This document shows, one piece after another, positions 53,574 through 64,000 of a stretch of DNA of 64,000 nucleotides. Origin of the DNA: Eledone cirrhosa (Eukaryota). Each line of letters begins with the position of its first letter. The stretch's first letter is position 1. The DNA lies in contig OZ024743.1 of assembly GCA_964016885.1 (NCBI GenBank), forward strand, positions 304,172,001-304,236,000, read 5' to 3'. The position numbers and the translations under genes were made by a program. Below the pieces are notes generated by a model. It saw nothing but the letters and a program-made list of their open reading frames with translations, was not told the origin of the DNA and did not search any database.

Positions 53574-53773
53574 TGGGGATTATTTTCTTTTTTTTGTGCT
53601 TCTCTTTTGTTCTGCCCTACGCCATTTTGTTTCTGTGTGTGTGTTGTGTGCTCAGTCTGCGAATGCGCCACATCCGGGTGTCTGTGTGTGTTTATATTCG
53701 TTTATTTATTTGTTTATTTACATGTTACAGGTTGGTTGTTTGTTCTATGTGCGTGTGTGTTTTCATTTTGTCC

Positions 53774-55516
53774 TTAATTGTAAGTTGTGATGTTGCTGTT
53801 CCACTCATATTTTTTATTTAATTTTGGTTGTGATTCTTTTATGTTTATTGCTTCTGTGATTTGTCTAAACATTGCGTCTTTTCTGTGTGTAGATTCTATT
53901 TTTATTTCCATGTTCTCTATTTTACCCTTATGTTCTATTTTAACATGTTGGTAGAGTACAGATGATTCTTTACTATCTTGAAGGTCTCGCCAGTGATCAT
54001 TTATCCGTTCCCCTACACTACGAGCTGTCTCACCTATGTACACTATATTTTTGTCTCTACATTGTCCTTCAGTACATATTATGCTATATACTACATTTCT
54101 AGTTTTACAGTTAATATGGGGGCTTAATTTACAGGTTATACATTTCTTATCTATACAGGGGGGTCTTTGAAAAGGGTATGTCTTGCTAATAAGTGTTTTT
54201 ACGGAGGTACCTGGTCTTTCTACTATCTTAATATTGAGTTTATGTTTATCTAGGACCCTTCTAAATTTGCAAGCTAATTCATCTCTAGGGGTTGTATCGA
54301 TGAACATTACACTCTGGTATTTATTGCTATCATACCATGAGTTTATTCTATTAGCCTTATTCCTAGTTCTTTCTATTATATTCCAAAATGTGCTCCTATG
54401 CGAGGGGCAGGTCCCATTTGTGTCGTTATTTACCTTTTTTCCCATTTGGTTCTGGCTCCTCTATACACTCTGATTTTATCTCTCTGATTGTAACCAGAGA
54501 ACTGCATACTCTGGATGAAGTGTTGTATGTGTCTCTCTAGTTCTTCGGGGTTGCACATGCGGGACACGTTTCTCATCACCCGTACCAAATCCGCAATCAG
54601 TATGTTGATTTTGGTATGGTCCGAAACAGCTGAGTTTCGGTGTATCAGATGTTTGGAAGTCATGGGTTTGGCATAATGGGAATGGAGGATTTGTTTTTTG
54701 TTATTAATGGTATCTAACCAGAGCTCTGTGTCTAGTACAGGTAATCGATGGTTGGGGTGTTTACTTGGGTAGTCTATAGTAACTCTAATACTCTCGTGGA
54801 TGGAGTTAGCTATTTGCTTGATGCTTTCTATTGTGTTTTTCTCTAATTCCTGACTGTTCTCTAGTGGTGGTGTTTTAACTACAATGTTTATATCATCAAC
54901 GTAGCGGGAGTACATTATCAGGGTTAAGGGGTCTTCTAATTGTTCTTTAAGTTTAAGTTTAAGTCTACTGTCCCACCATACCATGAATAAGTTATTATGT
55001 CGCCTGCAATGCTAACACCAATGGCTGCTCCTTCCTCTTGGGCATATGTTTTTTCCATTAAATTTGAACATATGTTCCTTAAGGGTTAGTTTTATGCTGG
55101 CCCCTACCGCATGTGCAATCATTTTCTTCAGTTCATCGTGGTTTTCGGGTGTCCGTATGGCTCTGGTCCACCCGTTCCATCTATCTGTGTGGGTTTTCTT
55201 GGCCATTGAGGTAATGGTAAGTGGTCTGCCTCTTGCTGGTCTTGTAGGGCACAGGTTGCTAAGGTCATATGAGTCTAGGTAATTATTACTATAGGTAAGT
55301 TTAAGTAGGAGTCCCAGCTCACTGGTATCAATCCCACGGAACTCAACATTGCTCTCACTGACCATTTCTACGCATTTCTCCACAGCAAAATCCACGTCAA
55401 TAGATGGATACAGGGACACAACATCCATACTACCTATTATGCAGTTTGATAGGTCCCTAGATCGGTTACTCTCACCGATTCTGCTGAGGAGGTCCTCCGT
55501 GCTGTCGCATACATCA
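53774..55516 (-). pseudogene. PLE-B RT + Cys linker + GIY-YIG, frameshifted
   Basis: IGSMDVVSLYPSID, YSRYVDD, C...CITC....C.TRNVVY..C...C..VYIGET. Confidence 0.9.
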
Positions 55517-55543
55517 GAGAGGCACAAAAACAAAGAATCCCCA

Positions 55544-55586
55544 GTCACTGAAGAGGTCACAGAATGTGTGACGAAAGAACTGTGAC
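55544..55586 (+). ncRNA. PLE-B hammerhead in inverted copy (G at the cleavage position)
   Basis: GTCA-CTGAAGA-G-GTCACA-GAATG-TGTGAC-GAA-AGAACT-G-TGAC. Confidence 0.65.
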
Positions 55587-56008
55587 AATATATAAACAAC
55601 TATCTGGTTGTGGAACCAACCAACCAACGGGAAATTTATAAATTCCTAAATTTATAAATTTATTATAATAAATTGAAGTGAATGCACTCGTGCGTGTGTT
55701 TCTTATTGGCAACATGACACTCCCAAAGTATAACAATATATATATATAAACGGAAAAAATGAAACGAAATTTAATTTCCCACTATTAGTATGGCTGTTAC
55801 TTAAATATAAGTATGTACACGTGCATACATATATCTATACAGACGTACAGTAGTATGTATATATATATACATACATGCACACATATATATATGTACGTAT
55901 GGATTCACCGAACATTTATTATAATGCTCGGTGTGTTTGTAAACAAACATCCCGTATTAAGCCGTAGTGTCTAGCAACCTTCGTTGCTCGTTTGTTCAAC
56001 ACTGACAA

Positions 56009-56065
56009 AGGAACGCTGTACTAGTTTCAAGCTTATTAGCTATCGTCAGCAACGTATACCTTCCT
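56009..56065 (-). ncRNA. Minimal type I hammerhead
   Basis: Reverse complement of 56586-56642. Confidence 0.85.
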
Positions 56066-56428
56066 ACCAGATTGTTTGAACGTATATAATTACCTTATGC
56101 ATATTAACGGCTGAGTAGCCAATTTGCATATCGAGTGGGTTAATCGGCCGGGTGCACCGAAAACGATAAACGGAAAAAATGAAACGAAATTTCATTTCCC
56201 ACTCTTAGTACGGCTGTTACTTAAATATAACTATGTACACGTGCATACGTATATGTATACAGACGTACAGTAGTATGTATATATATATACATACATGCAC
56301 ACATATATATATGTACGTATGGATTCACCGAACATTTATTATAATGCTCGGTGTGTTTGTAAACAAACATTCCGTATTAAGTCGTAGTGTCTAGCAACCG
56401 TCGTTGCTCGTTTGTTCAACACTGACAA

Positions 56429-56471
56429 AGGAACGCTGTACTAGTTTCAAGCTTATTAGCTATCGTCAGCA
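56429..56471 (-). ncRNA. Minimal type I hammerhead, helix I truncated by the inversion junction
   Basis: Same core; break lies 2 nt upstream of CTGACGA. Confidence 0.7.
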
Positions 56472-56585
56472 TTTTTTCCTTTTATCGTTTTCGGTGCACC
56501 CGTCCGATTAACCCACTCGATATGCAAATTGGGCTACTCAGCCGTTAATATGCATAAGGTAAGTGTATACGTTCAACAATCTGGC

Positions 56586-56642
56586 AGGAAGGTATACGTT
56601 GCTGACGATAGCTAATAAGCTTGAAACTAGTACAGCGTTCCT
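56586..56642 (+). ncRNA. Minimal type I hammerhead
   Basis: AGGAA..CGTTG-CTGACGA-T-AGCT-AATA-AGCT-T-GAA-ACTAGT-A-CAGCG-TTCCT. Confidence 0.88.
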
Positions 56643-57050
56643 TTGTAAGTGTTGAACAAACGAGCAACGATGGTTGCTAGATACTACGGCTTAATACGGG
56701 ATGTTTGTTTACAAACACACCGAGCATTATAATAAATGTTCGGTGAATCCATACGTACATATATATATGTGTGCATGTATGTATATATATATACATACTA
56801 CTGTACGTCTGTATAGATATATGTATGCACGTGTACATACTTATATTTATATATATATATAAATATATATATATATACTTATGTGCATGTGCGCGTGTCT
56901 ATAAGTGTGTGTATTTATGTTTGTGCGTGTGTGTGTGTATGTATGTGTGTTATGTCCTCTTCCTTATATTGTATACGTGCGCGTGTATGTATTTATGTGT
57001 GTACGCATGTATATGCATGTACGCGTGTGTATGTATATGCTTATGTATGA

Positions 57051-57097
<47 letters not shown>

Positions 57098-57301
57098 CAT
57101 ATATATATATATGTGTATGTGTATGTGTGTGTGTGTGTTATATGCATGTATGCATTTAAGTATATGCGTATTAAAAGAATGACTTGTCTACATATGTACA
57201 CATTGTATGTATGCATATATATGTGTTCGTGTTTTTGTATATTTACGAGTTATTTTACGTATGTATACATATGTGTATATATGTTTATGTCTCTCTCTAT
57301 T

Positions 57302-57357
<56 letters not shown>

Positions 57358-57639
57358 GAGCGTGTGTTTGCGTATATACGTATGTTTGTATATATATATA
57401 TGTGTGTGTGTAAATATATATGTTTATTAATTTTCGCCCCCACCTTTCGTTATGAACCGGCCAATTTATGCTTTCAATTTTATATTTCTTATTCTTTATT
57501 CTTTGATTTTTTGGGGATATTTTTGATTTTATTTATTTATATCTATTCCGCCAACTATTTCCCAATTTGTCGTCGCTTGTAATTGTACATATGTAGTATA
57601 AAGCCTATACGTGTGCGCATATTTAAGTATTCACATTTA

Positions 57640-57694
<55 letters not shown>

Positions 57695-57797
57695 ATAATA
57701 ATAAATTTGAAGACTAACATCCAAAGATGGCTCGATAAGGATAAATATATATCAAATATATAAGAACCGTAGGGCAAATATTTATTAAAATAACAGA

Positions 57798-58946
57798 TTG
57801 GGCGGTGGTTTGTACCGTGATGATGGTCTTTTGACAATGACTAAGTGCGGCCCTTGTGCTTGCGACAGGTTCAGAAAAGAACTCACAGCCTTCTTTAAAG
57901 GCTTCAACCTCTCTATACAGGTTGAGGCCAACCTCTCTGTCGTTAATTACCTCGACGTTACCCTCAATTTATCGAATGACTTGTATTACTCGTATAGAAA
58001 GCCGAATGATACGCTTAATTACATAAGTAAGCATTCCAACCATCCTGCCAGCATAACCAAGATCCTGGTAAGAAACGGTTCGTTGAGGCTTTGCCGTCTA
58101 TCTTCTAACGAGCATATTTTCAACGACCATTCCACTTATTACAATGAAGCTCTTGCTCGGTGTGGATTTGTCGATAAGGTAGCATATACAGAGTACGAGA
58201 ATAGACCTAGAAGAAATAGATACCGTCGCTTTATATGGTATAACCCACCATATAATATGGAGGTGGCCACAACATTAGCTAAGATATTTCTATCCCTTAT
58301 TACGAAGCATTTTCCCCCTACACATAAATATAGTAAACTTTTTAATAGAAATACTATTAAAATTTCTTATTCTACGACTCCTAACATCGCACATAACATC
58401 ACAGTTTCAAATTTAGCTAAACTACCTAGCCGTAGGAACACGTGCAACCCTGTAGTTACTACTAACTTTAATTGTAGGAATCGGGTTGATTGCCCCCTAT
58501 CCGGGAAATGCCTCTCTAGTAACATTGTCTACGAATATAAGGTTGAAACACCCACGTCCCGTAGGGCCTACATAGGGTTAACCGCCAATAGATTCAAGCA
58601 ACGTCTTTACATGCATACCCATTCTTTTCGTTACCCTCTAAGAAGGAATGTGACGTCACTTTCAGCTTATATCTGGAGTCTAAAAGACAACCACACCCAA
58701 TATAAGTTACACTGGGAGATCCTAGCTAGGGCTAGAGCGTATAACGGAAATAAAAGACCATCTGACCTCTGCGCCGCTGAGGCCCTGGAAATACGCTACG
58801 CCACAGACCACATCTTAAACAAAAAATCTAAGGCAATTTCGGCTTGTAAACATAAATTGCACAAAACTTCCCTGTATTACAGCCCCACATTTTACCCAAC
58901 CGATAGTACGATCTATACGTGGATATTTTACGTCTTGATGTGGTAG
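57798..58946 (+). pseudogene. PLE-E RT C-terminus + GIY-YIG (5'-truncated open frame)
   Basis: GGLYRDD, VNYLDVTL, SNHP, WYNPPY, CPLSGKCL..IVY..AYIGLT..FKQR, LC..E..LNKK..CKH. Confidence 0.9.
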
Positions 58947-59818
58947 CTAAGTATATGTTATGTTTATACCATTACTTATTTGTATAGGTAAGTATATATT
59001 ACCTGTATGTTTTGTGAAGGTACTATACTTTCTCGTACGTATATTTGGTTGTATATGTTATGGCGTATATTTTAATATATTCTGGTACATATGCATTTGG
59101 TTATGTGTATACGGGAGTTTTGCGTCTGTGTGAGTATGCGGGTTCGTACGTATGTTGGGTGTGTGTATGTGTACTTCATGTTTTGGTTGACGTCGTATCC
59201 GAACATTTGTGTATTTAAATGTATGTATGTGTGTGCGCTTGTTATATACGTATTTATTTATATACGTTTATTTAATTATTTGTTTATTTGTATACACGCA
59301 AACACACACACACATAGCTATATGTGCGTGGTTTTTTATACCTATGGCGAGTGTTTTCGTGTATGCTTGTGTATGTACGTATTTGGACGCGTGTATGTAT
59401 TTATTTCATTTCAATTAACTCTGTATTGTATTTTATTTACTTTATTCTTAACTCTGAAGCGGACAATCATTCGGTTTCCTAGTCAGAATTTTAATCTACG
59501 ACTTCAGCAATACCCTTTACGTGGTTTTGTCTTTGCGCGCAATTGTTCTCCATGCTCTACATATGACGTATTATCTTCGTTTTTTTCGTCCATTGCCAGA
59601 GAACGTCTCTATGAACCACTTAAGAGAAGATTAGTAAACGTGGTCCTGTCTTTGCATGTAATTGTTTTTCACCGCTCCTATTAATGACGTATTATATTCG
59701 TTTTTTCCCGTTCTATTCCAGGGAACGTTTCCACGAACCAAAGTATCGTCTTCCTGTCTTCCTCCGGTTGCAACGTTTTTTGAAACATCCACTTCTGCGT
59801 TTACAGATTGACTTTGTT

Positions 59819-59869
59819 AGTTTCAGAAGATCCCGTTAAGGGTGAAAACAGCGATTCTTTGCTTAAACT
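59819..59869 (+). ncRNA. Type I hammerhead of PLE-E (CAGAAGA core)
   Basis: Paralog of 46336-46386. Confidence 0.65.
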
Positions 59870-60050
59870 TTAATCTGTTATTTTAATAAATAAATATATA
59901 TATATATATATATATATATGCAAAGTTTTATTTAAGTTATTGGGTTACAACGAGTAAATATTTATAACTGATATAAAAGCACTCAACAAGTATTTGGAGT
60001 ATATTTACAATATTAAATAAATGGAAACTATATTTATAAAACCATATTTA

Positions 60051-60112
60051 TTTCATTATATATATTTCAGGGATATCATATTAAAAATATGGTATGCCTT
60101 CATCAGACAAAA
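60051..60112 (-). ncRNA. Type I hammerhead (PLE-F)
   Basis: Near reverse complement of 62115-62173. Confidence 0.78.
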
Positions 60113-61449
60113 TACAATATAAACAGTCTTATAAATAGATAGATTTGACATACCTTACACTTCAACTTCCATTTAAAAAGTTGATTTGGTAGTGAAAAAA
60201 AAATGTTAGGGACAGTTATAGAGAAAAAAAGAAAGAAAGAAAGAAAGCGAAGAAAAAGAAGAAATGCATGCAACGAAAAACAGAGAGAGATAGATATAGA
60301 GAGATAGATAGAGAGAATAAGAAAATCATGTAAAGAAAAAACAGAGAGAGATAAATAGAGAGAGAAAAAACAGAGGGAGATAGATAGAGAGAGAGAGAGA
60401 GAAAAGAGAGAGAGAGAAAAAATAGAGAGAGATAGATATAGATAGAGATAGAGAGAGAGAAAAAATAGGTAGTTGGGCACCAGTTGAATGACGTATCAAT
60501 GATATATTTATTTTTTTTTTTTATTTATTTAGTTCTAGTATTAAGGTAGAGAGAGATATATGTGGTTAGGAGAGAAAACAGCCGTTACATAGAGAGAAAA
60601 GAAAAATATCCAGAGATAAACGAGGCAGATTTAAAACATTATGTTTCATCAATCTAAAACATCAACTCGCACGAATTAGGCACTACAATGCAAATATCAG
60701 CATTCATGAATGAGACACGTATCAATAATGTGTGAAAAAACAATGATCACATGTCTAGTTTAAAATTCCTAGGTTTATAATCAGAACTGAGTTAAAAAAC
60801 TTCTAAAAAATTGAAATACACAAGTATATATGCACTTTCATGAAAAAAGAAAAAGAAAATAGGTCATCCCAGATTCGATACCATAGACATCCATGTGAAT
60901 TCACGTGATCAACTCTGCAAACTCCCATTTCACATGAAAACATTCTCATTGTGCCATAAACATTCTAGTATACATACACACAAATATATATAGAATCTAC
61001 ATTATTTTTAACAATAATATTCTTGTCTTTACTCTACACGACTATCGTTCAAGCATAAAATAGACAACAGATATCAATACATCAATAAAAATATTAGAAA
61101 TATTAAAAAATAAAAAATAAAACACAGTATGCCCCGCAAAACAACCACAGAAATCCACCCCTCAAAATCAATTGACAACATATTGCCAAGCTCACCACAA
61201 GCATCAGAATCAAAAGCAAACAAAACCAAAATTATTCACCAAATCCTGTCTAGCAGAAATCATTCCAAAAGTTTAGGATACCCATTTGATCTACAGATGG
61301 TCTTATATCTATCATAGAAGTTTATCTAGCGCAAAATTTATTCGATATATTTGGAGCATCATCTTTTAGGGCAGTTTAATTATTCATGAAAAATGTTTAA
61401 AAAAAAGAAATCGAAAGATTTATCGGCGAGTTTCATAAATAATTACAAA

Positions 61450-62013
61450 TCATAAGTAAATATACCACACTTTAAATCCACACCCACATTCAAAAGCCGA
61501 GCTCAATCCACGTCTGCAGCAACCGAACAAATCCGTCCGTAAACCAAGGGAACCCCTAGATTCCAGTATAAAGAACATCTCCTCCGCGCAGAGGACACAT
61601 GTCCCAGAAGATGAATCAAAGGGAATCCCTCTTGAGACTACACTCCAAGCCGTCGAATATCCAACGCCATCATGCCCAAGCCGCCAGAGCAAGCCTGATA
61701 GCGATGCCGAAGACCCCCTGCCTGGATCTGCGAAAGAATTCCTGTGGCTAATATAGTGGAGCTCAAATTCTGCCGAGGCGGAACCAACATAGCCAAAAGA
61801 ATTCAAGTCCGTTTTAACACCACAGTTGTATACTACACCTTCAACTAAGCAATTGTTATCCAACGGACACCTAGATCCATCCCCACAGTCACATTCGTCT
61901 ACCTGGATACTATTTAGGCCACTATCGGTACCCCGGCCAGGTTCCAAATTCCTATTATCTACTCTATTAACACCCTGTGCTAAATCCCTGGTGGACGAGT
62001 AAGTCAATCCCAT
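61450..62013 (-). pseudogene. PLE-F GIY-YIG fragment, A-to-G hypermutated
   Basis: LTYSST, CDC..CPLDNNCL..VVY..GYVGS, CVLC..E; aligns to 63593-64000 with mostly A>G differences. Confidence 0.88.
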
Positions 62014-62114
62014 GTCCCTAACATTTTTTTTTCACTACCAAATCAATTTTTTAAATGTAAGTTGAAGTGTAAGGTATGTCAAATCTATCTATTTATAAGA
62101 CTGTTTATATTGTA

Positions 62115-62173
62115 TTTTGTCTGATGAAGGCATACCATATTTTTATGATATCCCTGAAATATATATAATGAAA
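62115..62173 (+). ncRNA. Type I hammerhead (PLE-F)
   Basis: TTTTGT-CTGATGA-AGG...CCT-GAA-ATATATAT-A-ATGAAA. Confidence 0.78.
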
Positions 62174-62216
62174 TAAATATGGTTTTATAAATATAGTTTC
62201 CATTTATTTAATATCG

Positions 62217-62248
<32 letters not shown>

Positions 62249-62339
62249 AAAGTTCTATTTAAATCTTGGGATACAACAAGCAAATATTTTTATAACTGAT
62301 ATAAAGCACTCAAAAAATATTTGGAGTAAACATACAATA

Positions 62340-64000
62340 TTAAAGGAATTAAGGAAGAAATACAAAGTAGCAAATAAAGACAACCTTGAAAAATTGAATA
62401 CAGATGCCTCTTATATAATGCATGTACTAGGCATTGAAAATAGGACACAACCCTTCATGCCAAGGAAACCTAAGATTAATATGAAGGATCATAAAAGGAA
62501 CTTCGAAACTGATTTACCAATCAGATTAATTGCACCATCTAAATCGGACCTTGGCAGACTTAGCAAAAATATTCTAGACAGAATAATACCACACATTAAG
62601 ATTTTATCTTATTTAAAATTATGGAAAGGAACTAGTGAAGTTATCGATTGGTTTAAAGAAATTAAATATAACTATATTAATAAGTTTATTCAGTTGGATA
62701 TTGCTAACTATTACTCATCTATCACTCCTAATCTACTGAATAAAGCACTAACCTACGCATTTAAACATACATACCTAACTAACATTACATTATCGGCACG
62801 GAAAACATTAATAGAATTTAATAACCAACTCTGGACTAGGGCAGATAGAAATAATAATTTCGATATAACTATGGGATCATCCGATTCCGCTCAGGTAACG
62901 GATCTTGTGGGCCTATTTATAAATAATTCTCTACATAGAAAATACCTGAGATAATCGGAGGTTTATATCGTGACGACATGCTTTTACTTATAGAAAATAA
63001 TAACTGTGAACTAAATAGATAAAGAAAACAAATTATACAATTTTTTTAATAACTTAATCTAAAAGTAGAAATAGAGAATAACCATAAAATAGTTAACTTT
63101 CTAGATGTAACACTACATCTTAACACATGTCTTCATTATCCATTTCACAAACTAAATGAGAACATAAATTACGTAAATTTTAACTCTAATCACCCCAGAT
63201 CCGTTAAAAATACTATAGTGAACTCTGTACAAGAACGAATTTCGAGAATTTCAGCTAATAAGAATATATTTGAGGAAAAAGCACATTATTACAACGAAGC
63301 GTTAGGTAGAGCTGGGTATAGAAATAAAATTAAATACATCGATAATAATAATAATATAACAACTATCCATAATCGTAACAATTTTAACTATGGTAACAAT
63401 TTTAACAACTATAATAGAAAACCTTACATTAATTCCGAAAGCCGAAAAAGAAATAGAACTCGGAACATATTATGGTTCGCTCCTCCTTTCTCATTAAATA
63501 TTAAAACCCCTATTGCTAAACTATTTTTTAAAGCTCTTGACAAATGCATAGATATTACTCATAGATATTACTCAATTTTTAATAGACATACTATAAAATT
63601 AACTTACTCTTCCACCAAAAATTTAGGGCAAAATATTAATAGAATTAATAATAGATATTTAAAACCTAACCAAAATACCACTAATAACCCAACCAATATC
63701 CAATTTGATAAATGTAACTATAGAAATGATGTAACTGTCCGTTAAATAACAATTGCTTAGCTAAAAATATAGTATATGTAAAAACTAATTTAAATTCATT
63801 TAATTATGAGTTTAAATCCCGCTTCAATAATCATAAAAATTATTTTACAGATCCAAACAAAAAATATTCAACTTCTCTATCTAGCCTATTATGGGACCTA
63901 AACAAAAGAACGTTGAATATTCGTTGATTTGGAATATTATTTCAAAAGCTACTCCTTTTATCTCCTCTTCAGAAAATTGTGATCTTTGTATAGAGGAAAT
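62340..64000 (+). pseudogene. PLE family F-related RT + GIY-YIG, disrupted, runs off the window
   Basis: KDHK.NF..IRLIAPSKSD, FIQLDIANYYSSI, ITMGSSDSAQVTD, GGLYRDD, WFAPPF, CDLCIEE. Confidence 0.9.

Larger units (their letters stand above)
53382..55737 (-). mobile_element. PLE family B, 5'-truncated, with inverted 3' end at 55517-55737
   Basis: Homologous to 24367-26490; 55517-55737 is the reverse complement of ~53382-53600. Confidence 0.9.
55748..56847. mobile_element. Second retrozyme-like family: 420-bp tandem units (minus) followed by an inverted unit (plus)
   Basis: Unit starts 55748 and 56168; inversion at ~56471; three HHR motifs; no ORF. Confidence 0.8.
57690..59895 (+). mobile_element. 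PLE family E, 5'-truncated, with inverted terminal piece at 57690-57797
   Basis: 57779-57798 is the reverse complement of ~59871-59890; ORF, 3' UTR and HHR present. Confidence 0.88.
59920..62330 (-). mobile_element. PLE family F, 5'-truncated, with inverted terminus at ~62015-62330
   Basis: 62015-62218 is the reverse complement of ~60005-60213; membership of 60480-61450 is uncertain. Confidence 0.7.

Overview
AT-rich, microsatellite-laden animal DNA with no recognisable host gene. The tRNA-derived SINE resembles, from memory only, an octopus repeat, so a cephalopod source is plausible but unverified. The window is a nest of Penelope-like retroelements (PLEs: RT plus C-terminal GIY-YIG endonuclease) from at least six families, all decayed, mostly inserted in (TA)n/(CA)n tracts and mostly carrying an inverted copy of their own 3' end. 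Reading by eye finds about 40 type I hammerhead ribozyme (HHR) motifs, intact or degenerate. Highlights: (1) a non-coding ~574-bp head-to-tail array with one intact, unusually large HHR per unit (14 copies), a retrozyme-like element whose empty target site is also in the window; (2) a second, 420-bp HHR-bearing non-coding unit at two loci; (3) several unrelated HHRs with a large structured insert in helix II; (4) a PLE fragment (61450-62015) with heavy sense-strand A-to-G change, consistent with an ADAR-hyperedited RNA that was reverse-transcribed into the genome; (5) a near-identical 6,698-bp tandem duplication. All folds and alignments were done by eye; element boundaries are approximate.
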